Shown here: positions 27,473 to 28,112 of the stretch, in pieces
Layout: each line of letters starts with the position of its first letter
How positions within the stretch are numbered: the stretch's first letter is position 1
Assembly (NCBI GenBank): GCA_025558095.1
Contig: JAIVFI010000049.1
Location: forward strand, 1 to 28,112
Direction of reading: 5' to 3'
DNA: 28,112 bases
Origin: Hyaloraphidium curvatum SAG 235-1
Lineage: Eukaryota; Fungi; Monoblepharomycota
Position numbers and translations under genes: made by a program
Notes under the pieces: model-generated
Seen by the model: only the letters and a program-made list of their open reading frames with translations
What the model was told of the DNA's origin: nothing
The model's database searches: none

Positions 27473-28112
27473 TCAAACCTTGCCCGTCCCCACGCTGACC
27501 TCCACCAGCTTCCCTCCCTCCACCTCCCTCAGCTGCACATCCACCTCCCTCCTCCCCTGGGCCCCCACCTGCCCCCCCCCCTCTCCGCGGCCCTGCGCAC
27601 CTCCATCACGGCCCTGTGCGCCTCCGCCAGCGCCCTGTACGCGCGCGCCAGCTCCCCGGGATCGTCCGCGGCGAGCGTCCACGCGCGCTTGGGGCAGACG
27701 ATCTTGAGCGCGTGCGGGTGGGCTTTGGAGAGCCGGAGGGGATCGCCGCCGGGAGGCGGGAGGAACGAGAGGACGGTGGAAAGGGGGATGATGCGGAGGC
27801 ACTGGTACTCCTGCCGTCCCCGACGTCAGCCTCATGACGGAGCCGAACGCGCACCGACGTACCTTCTCGTCCTTGTACGCCGCCACCTTGCCTCCCCTGA
27901 CCACGAACCACCTCCTCTTCCACCCGCTCCCGGACTTGCCGAGCTTCCACAGCCACCCCGCGTACCGCACCCCGCCGTCGTCCTCGCCCGGAAGCGGGGG
28001 GCCGACGATGATGTCGTCCTCGGAGTCGGCGCGGCCCGGGGGGGATGGGCGGCCGGGGGATGGCCGGTCCTCGTCCGAGGCGATGTATTCCTCATCGCTG
28101 GAGAGGCCATGC
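27473..28112 (-). CDS. 3' part of a PH-domain protein (Opy1-like); the gene continues beyond the window
   Basis: RYAGWLWKLGKSGSGWKRRWFVVRGGKVAAYKDEK, a 52-bp intron at 27862-27811 (GTACGT..gctgac..CAG), then EYQCLRIIPL...HALKIVCPKRAWTLAADD. The stop is at 27529 as written, or at 27473 if the G homopolymer near 27575 is miscounted. Confidence 0.8.
   Translation of the reverse strand, partial: HGLSSDEEYIASDEDRPSPGRPSPPGRADSEDDIIVGPPLPGEDDGGVRYAGWLWKLGKSGSGWKRRWFVVRGGKVAAYKDEKVRRCAFGSVMRLTSGTAGVPVPPHHPPFHRPLVPPASRRRSPPALQSPPARAQDRLPQARVDARRGRSRGAGARVQGAGGGAQGRDGGAQGRGEGGGQVGAQGRREVDVQLREVEGGKLVEVSVGTGKV

Overview
Very GC-rich eukaryotic DNA, almost certainly fungal: it has short GT-AG introns with CTRAC-like branch points, a Zn(II)2Cys6 transcription factor, and F-box and PH-domain genes. 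An early-diverging chytrid or monoblepharid-like lineage is my guess only. The centre of the window (7612-18462) holds a near-perfect head-to-tail dimer of a 5424-bp Crypton (CryptonF-like) DNA transposon. Each unit encodes an intron-split tyrosine recombinase with a complete R-K-HxxR-W-Y catalytic set and a C-terminal GCR1_C-type DNA-binding domain. The junction between the two copies is what a circular intermediate would look like. The ends carry arrays of a GCGGTCAG motif and a perfect 26-bp palindrome. The dimer sits about 50 bp upstream of the Zn-cluster gene start. Left flank: a probable F-box gene fragment, two membrane-protein genes and an F-box/LRR gene. Right flank: a shortened family III CoA-transferase, a disrupted GST, a disrupted F-box gene, a compact apparently intronless sugar-modification trio (FAD oxidoreductase, NAD-epimerase/TIM-barrel isomerase fusion, GT47 exostosin-like glycosyltransferase) and the 3' part of a PH-domain gene. 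Several host genes carry small indels that could be real decay or assembly consensus errors. All family calls come from motif recognition by eye; no searches were run.
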